Shown piece after piece: positions 27,671-32,000 of a DNA stretch of 32,000 nt. The notes beneath the pieces are model-generated. The model made no database searches, was not told where the DNA came from, and saw nothing but the letters and a program-made list of their open reading frames with translations. The first letter of the stretch is position 1. Each line of letters opens with the position of its first letter. The DNA lies in NCBI GenBank assembly GCA_026387835.1, contig JAPLKZ010000005.1, forward strand, positions 60,001-92,000. The letters are read 5' to 3'. The stretch is from Candidatus Saganbacteria bacterium (GTDB lineage: Bacteria > Margulisbacteria > WOR-1 > JAKLHX01). Made by a program: the position numbers and the translations under genes.

Positions 27671-27844
27671 ATGTGTGCAACTATGAAGGATCTCTATGTC
27701 CAGACAAAGGAGATAGAAGAAAAGCTGGCTACAGGCCAGATTAACCCCGATGCTATTAAGGATTATCTAATGGCTCATAACGCTATTAGACGGGGAATAG
27801 ATGCCGGCAGAAGGCTTATAGAGGCTTCCTATGCCCGCGAATAA
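27671..27844 (+). CDS. hypothetical small protein (57 aa, not in supplied ORF track)
   Basis: MCATMKDLYVQTKEIEEKLATGQINPDAIKDYLMAHNAIRRGIDAGRRLIEASYARE; aaaggaggcg upstream; lies between neighbours of the same orientation. Confidence 0.6.
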   Translation: MCATMKDLYVQTKEIEEKLATGQINPDAIKDYLMAHNAIRRGIDAGRRLIEASYARE

Positions 27845-27891
27845 TAGGCCTTTGAGTTTCGTTGAATAATCTATGAAAGGAGACGAATATC

Positions 27892-28290
27892 ATGTCATTA
27901 AATCGTATGATCCTTACAGGAACCCTAACCCGTGACCCTGAATTAAGGTACACAAAGGAGGAGATTCCTGTTGCAAGATTCACTGTTGCCATTAAAAGCA
28001 TACAGAGAAAGGGCAAGGACAAAGACACGCAATACTTTAATTGTGTTGCATGGCGTGGACTTGCTTCTATCGTCGGTGAGTACCTAAAGAAGGGATCTTT
28101 GGTCGCCATAGAGGGAAAGCTTCAAATCAAGCCCTATGAAAGTAAGGGGATGAAGAAGCATTACACCGAGATCGTCGTAGACAATTTGCTGATGCTGGAC
28201 AAGAAGTTCTATGGCAAAGCAATACCCTCAGCAGAATCTGAAGATGTTACTTCAGAGGAAGGGAGTGAGATACATGGACAATGTGATTAG
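27892..28290 (+). CDS. ssb: single-stranded DNA-binding protein
   Basis: MSLNRMILTGTLTRDPELRYTKEEIPVARFTVAI..DTQYFNCVAWRGLASIVGEYLKKGSLVAIEGKLQIKPYE OB-fold pattern. Confidence 0.95.
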   Translation: MSLNRMILTGTLTRDPELRYTKEEIPVARFTVAIKSIQRKGKDKDTQYFNCVAWRGLASIVGEYLKKGSLVAIEGKLQIKPYESKGMKKHYTEIVVDNLLMLDKKFYGKAIPSAESEDVTSEEGSEIHGQCD

Positions 28291-28582
28291 TTCTTATACC
28301 TTAGGCAATGCAATCAGCGATGGCGTGTTAGTACCGGTGTTCCGTAATCGCTGGCCTTCGCTGTCTGGCTGTAAGCCTATCGTAGCAACCGCTTCGATCA
28401 TTTCAGAGTTCTCCCTGGCTGCTATTCAGGAGATATGGAATGAGTTTGTTAAATGGGTAAAGGACGAGAAGGCTGATCTTAGACCTGAGGATCGACTGTT
28501 CAAAACCCAGATGAATTCTAAGGACATTTGGGTTGTAGAAGACCCTCAGGCATATACGATCATGTTTCCATCGGACTATTAG
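28274..28582 (+). CDS. DUF6573-like small protein
   Basis: ATG 28274 overlaps ssb end: MDNVISSYTLGNAISDGVLVPV..WPSLSGCKPIVATASIISEFS..FKWVK..RLFKTQMNSKDIWVVEDPQAYTIMFPSDY. Confidence 0.65.
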   Translation: MDNVISSYTLGNAISDGVLVPVFRNRWPSLSGCKPIVATASIISEFSLAAIQEIWNEFVKWVKDEKADLRPEDRLFKTQMNSKDIWVVEDPQAYTIMFPSDY

Positions 28583-28617
28583 TATATCAAATCTGCCTGA
28601 AAGGAGGTGTGTCTTGT

Positions 28618-28956
28618 ATGGGAAATAACAAAAGGACAACGGTATACTTTGGACGGCCTTCCGGGCGTAACCCCGAACATCTTGCCAATATAATGATCCG
28701 GTTCTTTAACGGCGAATATATAAGGGGTGTAATGATCTACAAAAAGCTCTCAATGATGGGAGAGCCGTTCTTCCTGCTTAAGTATCCGTCCTATGTTAAT
28801 GACAAGGGTTTGCAGGTTCCGTTCTTTAGGTTAAGCCAAGATCGTGAACAGAAGATCATATCTCTATTCACAAAGGCTTATGAGAAGGGGGAACTTGTAG
28901 AATCCTATCCGCTTTCCTTCGTAGACACAAAGGTGTTCTCGAAAGTCCTCGCTTAG
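28618..28956 (+). CDS. hypothetical small protein
   Basis: RBS aaaggaggt before ATG 28618; MGNNKRTTVYFGRPSGRNPEHLANIMIRFFNGEYIRGVM... Confidence 0.65.
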   Translation: MGNNKRTTVYFGRPSGRNPEHLANIMIRFFNGEYIRGVMIYKKLSMMGEPFFLLKYPSYVNDKGLQVPFFRLSQDREQKIISLFTKAYEKGELVESYPLSFVDTKVFSKVLA

Positions 28957-28970
28957 TTAGATAGTTTGTT

Positions 28971-29036
28971 AGCCGGCACCAATACCAAGGCAGCTCTTTG
29001 CCACAAGGAGTTTCTTTGTCTTGTGCGGTGTCGGCT
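28971..29036. ncRNA. candidate structured element, possibly unusual bidirectional terminator
   Basis: Outer 10-bp stem agccggcacc/ggtgtcggct enclosing ggca/tgcc and cacaag/cttgtg hairpins; no good T tract. Confidence 0.4.
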
Positions 29037-29084
29037 ATATTCAAATCAAATTTGTTTGAAATATTCTTAGGGAAGAAAAGACTA

Positions 29085-30086
29085 CTAATAATAAATCCTT
29101 GTAGGGCCTTGAATATCTATTATTCTTCGTCCGTTTTCGTCATACTCCTCGAGTATCATATGAGTGTTTTTGTTTTCAATTCTTCTTGTTCGTCCATTAT
29201 CATAATAATATTTCCAAATCCCAACCTCCACCCCATTAAGGTATTGTCCAACATAACATAGTCTCCCATTTTCATAATAGTCCTTTCTAACTCCGTGTAA
29301 TTCGCCATTTTTATAGTTACATATGCTCTCCACCTTACCGTTATCATAGTGGGATCGCTGTTCACCATGAAGTTCTCCGTTTTTATAATTCGCACCCCCT
29401 GACTTGCCATCGAGTTCCCAGTCCTTATAATTAGAGATCTTTATTGGCTTACCGTCATGTAGTAGTCCTCGAGAATATTCAATAGTCTGCCCATTGAGTT
29501 TCCCGTTTTTGAATGTTCTAACTTCTAGTGTGGTTCCATCGGAATTATATTCAATGCTTTTCCCTTCGATCAATCCATTTATATAATATTGTTTCTTTAG
29601 CAGATGCATATCTGCGTCATATATTTTTCTTTCCCCGCTTATTAATCCTTCCCCATTTAATTTCTTGCTATCATAATACATTTTTGAGCCACTAAATTCA
29701 TCCTTTTCAAATTCCGGAATAGGGTGATACTTGCTCTCCACATATGAGGAACCATCTGAACATCCCCACACGGGAATAACATCAGGATCCCCGATGTTGG
29801 ATAATATACCACTCCGAATCCACGCAACGATATTGGAATCAGGTTTATATAGGATCTTATACATCTGACCGTCACCAGAATTTGAGATCACCTTATATGT
29901 TTCGGATTTATTTACAACCCCAATAATATTGTGGCTATCATCGTATACTTCTCCTGTGCTAATCACATATGCATACTCACCTCCAGAAATAGCCAAACAA
30001 CTCCCATAAATCATACTAATTAAAAATAGCGACAAGCATATAGAGATTATTTGTTTGAAGCAATTCGACTTAAATGTCATTTGCAT
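29085..30086 (-). CDS. exported MORN-repeat / YwqK-like protein with N-terminal SH3-like segment
   Basis: Signal peptide; repeats such as LNGQTIEYSRGLLHDGKPI, HGEQRSHYDNGKVESICNYKNGELHGVRKDYYENGRLCYVGQYLNGVEVGIWKYYYDNG. Confidence 0.82.
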   Translation of the reverse strand: MQMTFKSNCFKQIISICLSLFLISMIYGSCLAISGGEYAYVISTGEVYDDSHNIIGVVNKSETYKVISNSGDGQMYKILYKPDSNIVAWIRSGILSNIGDPDVIPVWGCSDGSSYVESKYHPIPEFEKDEFSGSKMYYDSKKLNGEGLISGERKIYDADMHLLKKQYYINGLIEGKSIEYNSDGTTLEVRTFKNGKLNGQTIEYSRGLLHDGKPIKISNYKDWELDGKSGGANYKNGELHGEQRSHYDNGKVESICNYKNGELHGVRKDYYENGRLCYVGQYLNGVEVGIWKYYYDNGRTRRIENKNTHMILEEYDENGRRIIDIQGPTRIYY

Positions 30087-30171
30087 TCTTCCGCGATAAG
30101 CTGTTTTCTTTACTACGGTTCCCTGTAGGGAACTATAATATCATGCAAATATAGTACATTCAATAATTACT

Positions 30172-30393
30172 ATGATGTCAAATGAGAGCCTGAAAAAGGC
30201 AGTTGGCAGAAGAATAACTTCCCTCCGGAAAGCCAAGAATCTTACCATTGAAAAGCTTGCTTATGAGAACGATCTTGCTAAGGGCAATCTGAGTGAGCTT
30301 GAAAAGGGAAAGATTAACCCGCAACTTACGACCCTGTATAGAATTGCAAAGGGATTGGACTTGTCCTTGAAAGAATTGCTGGATATAGATTAA
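30172..30393 (+). CDS. XRE-family helix-turn-helix regulator
   Basis: VGRRITSLRKAKNLTIEKLAYENDLAKGNLSELEKGKINPQLTTLYRIAKGLDLSLKELLD. Confidence 0.92.
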   Translation: MMSNESLKKAVGRRITSLRKAKNLTIEKLAYENDLAKGNLSELEKGKINPQLTTLYRIAKGLDLSLKELLDID

Positions 30394-30405
30394 TTATTAC
30401 GCCGC

Positions 30406-31515
30406 TTATAGTGAAATACCGGACTTCGCAAGAAGATCATTGTAAAGTTTTGCCTGTCCAGATGATCCAGGGATATATGCTTCCCGATTAAAATCACCAT
30501 CTTTCAAATCGATTTTATTGAAAATATTTTGAAATTCAGTTATTGATATTACCTTGTCTGGTTTTTTAAAGCTAACGTAGATATCTTTTAATAATTTCAT
30601 CAATGCAATAAATCCCGTAGATCTGTTAAGAATGGAATTCTCTTGGACTTTAGTCCACGCATCCTCCCATTTGTTTTGAATGGCCATGAAATAATTCCAA
30701 ATTATCATTGTTATTATCTCGTCTTTTTCATCAATAAAAAGATTTCTGAATATAAGCTTAATTGTTTCATCCCCAACAATGCTCTTAGGTTTTCCGCCAC
30801 GCTTGTATATATCCCTATCATTCATCGGGTTTTTCGTTATATACTTCATAATGTTTTGTGCCATTGTGGCTTGAGTTATTGTCTCTTTTTCTTTGTCTAA
30901 TGCAGTACCAAGCAGTTTTATTTTTCCGTAAAATGGACTTCCCTTTTTGAAGTTTAATACCCGAGTAATATTATGTGCTGTCTTCTGAGGGCTTCTTGAT
31001 TTTGCATATTCAAACAGATCTATTACGAGTGATTGATTAACTTTAGTTTGAGTTTTATTAATAGTTGCGAATAGTATCGCCTGATCTTCTATTTCCATGT
31101 CGATAAAGATTGTAACGTTAAGCTGGAACTTCTCCGCTGCCATGCTATTGTCTTCAAAACCGGCAATTCTATGCTGCCCGTCTAATATTTTTGCAATATC
31201 TGGCCTTTTAATTATGGTTAATTTCTTATTATCAGGATCATAGGACACATTATCAGAGTCTATCGAAAGAATTATGCTTGTTGGAAAAGAAGCATCGACC
31301 AGATTAATGTACTGTTTTAAATCGTCAACTCTCTTTGGGGAGAGAGGCCTCTGTATTCCAATATATTTTTCTATGTCTCTCTCTTCGATTCTTCTTATGT
31401 CGCTAAACGTGATTGATAGCAGATCTTTAAAGTTTATTCTGCCGATGTAAAATTTGCCTATAGGTTGATTTACTTCTATAGAATCGATTGTTATTTTATC
31501 TGCTTTATCTGCCAT
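30406..31515 (-). CDS. DGQHR-domain (DndB-like) protein
   Basis: IAKILDGQHRIAGFEDN, ATINKTQTKVNQSLVIDLFEYAKSRSPQKTAHNI; start overlaps upstream stop (TAATG). Confidence 0.88.
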   Translation of the reverse strand: MADKADKITIDSIEVNQPIGKFYIGRINFKDLLSITFSDIRRIEERDIEKYIGIQRPLSPKRVDDLKQYINLVDASFPTSIILSIDSDNVSYDPDNKKLTIIKRPDIAKILDGQHRIAGFEDNSMAAEKFQLNVTIFIDMEIEDQAILFATINKTQTKVNQSLVIDLFEYAKSRSPQKTAHNITRVLNFKKGSPFYGKIKLLGTALDKEKETITQATMAQNIMKYITKNPMNDRDIYKRGGKPKSIVGDETIKLIFRNLFIDEKDEIITMIIWNYFMAIQNKWEDAWTKVQENSILNRSTGFIALMKLLKDIYVSFKKPDKVISITEFQNIFNKIDLKDGDFNREAYIPGSSGQAKLYNDLLAKSGISL

Positions 31516-32000
31516 TATTTGCCCTCTGGATTTTCTGGTCCTGTTGTGTCCTTTCCAGATTCTGATTCTGGAGTTGTAGCAGCATCTTCTTCTTTAAGTT
31601 TCACCATAAGATCATCTATTTCATTGTCGCTTTCTTGTTTCAGATCGACATCGGGAAGATCTTCTTTTGATTCAAACTGGACTGAAAGGGCTCGATAAGA
31701 ACAATAAATAGAGAAACAGATTAATAATACTGAGACCCACCTTACTAAGTTTAGGTCGATGTTAATCGCAGTATTTAAAACGGGGATTATTTGTCCGGAT
31801 AAAAATATCCCACCATACATAACTGAGGAAAAAATAATAAACCATATTAAAGATATGCTTATATAATAATCGACCATCATATTCTTTTTAAGAATCCATT
31901 CTTTATTCTCATTTTCATTAAATAAAAACAATGAGGAGGATAGCAGAGCAGCACTATACAGGAAGAGATCTCCTTTATCAATAAATATATGAACTTCTTT
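31515..32000 (-). CDS. membrane protein, 5' truncated by window edge
   Basis: Two hydrophobic helices (YYISISLIWFIIFSSVMYGGIFL; LVRWVSVLLICFSIYCSY) and an acidic tail; the frame stays open from the listed start (a TTG) to base 32000. Confidence 0.7.
   Translation of the reverse strand, partial: KEVHIFIDKGDLFLYSAALLSSSLFLFNENENKEWILKKNMMVDYYISISLIWFIIFSSVMYGGIFLSGQIIPVLNTAINIDLNLVRWVSVLLICFSIYCSYRALSVQFESKEDLPDVDLKQESDNEIDDLMVKLKEEDAATTPESESGKDTTGPENPEGK

Larger units (their letters stand above)
18486..32000. mobile_element. putative integrated element at tRNA-Asn; right end outside the window
   Basis: Shift to AT-rich DNA at the tRNA 3' end; terminal site-specific recombinase, RM system, ssb, HTH, SpoVG-like and small plasmid/phage-like genes. 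No right-end att or plasmid/phage structural genes seen. Confidence 0.7.

Noticed and set aside
28211-28273. Longer N-terminus for the DUF6573-like ORF
   Set aside because: This stretch overlaps ssb; ATG 28274 gives a typical short overlap and a plausible N-terminus.
18486-32000. CRISPR array, retron or diversity-generating element in the accessory region
   Set aside because: No regularly spaced direct repeats and no reverse transcriptase or Cas-like ORF seen.

Overview
The window has two parts. (1) 1..~18,485 looks like ordinary chromosome. It carries outer-membrane proteins, an RRM protein, and a Cys-rich lipoprotein. Next comes a DUF4418-like / ABC permease / ABC ATPase / NlpE-like set. 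It also has a leftward cluster of exported enzymes (DUF4091-like, HAD phosphatase, metallophosphoesterase), a C45-type acyltransferase/hydrolase, an FGE-sulfatase-like protein, a long ankyrin protein, and a PBP2+Cache protein. (2) From an intact tRNA-Asn(GTT) (18413..18485) to the window edge the DNA is visibly more AT-rich and looks like one end of an integrated element. It carries a serine recombinase, a type III restriction-modification pair, HTH, SpoVG-like and zinc-finger proteins, ssb, a DUF6573-like protein, other small proteins, and a membrane protein + DGQHR (DndB-like) pair that runs off the window. The main oddities are as follows. The recombinase's last 12 codons and its stop codon are antisense to the tRNA-Asn 3' half. 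A degenerate tRNA-Asn copy, split by a 69-bp GC-rich hairpin-rich insert, lies just upstream of the intact gene. Recombinase, Res and Mod have overlapping reading frames, with an ATGA overlap between Res and the recombinase. An unexplained ~290-bp non-coding stretch (26813..27101) between the two divergent gene blocks contains a chain of hairpins. A 66-nt three-way-junction-like structure sits at 28971..29036. Family names are from motif recognition by eye; no database searches were run.
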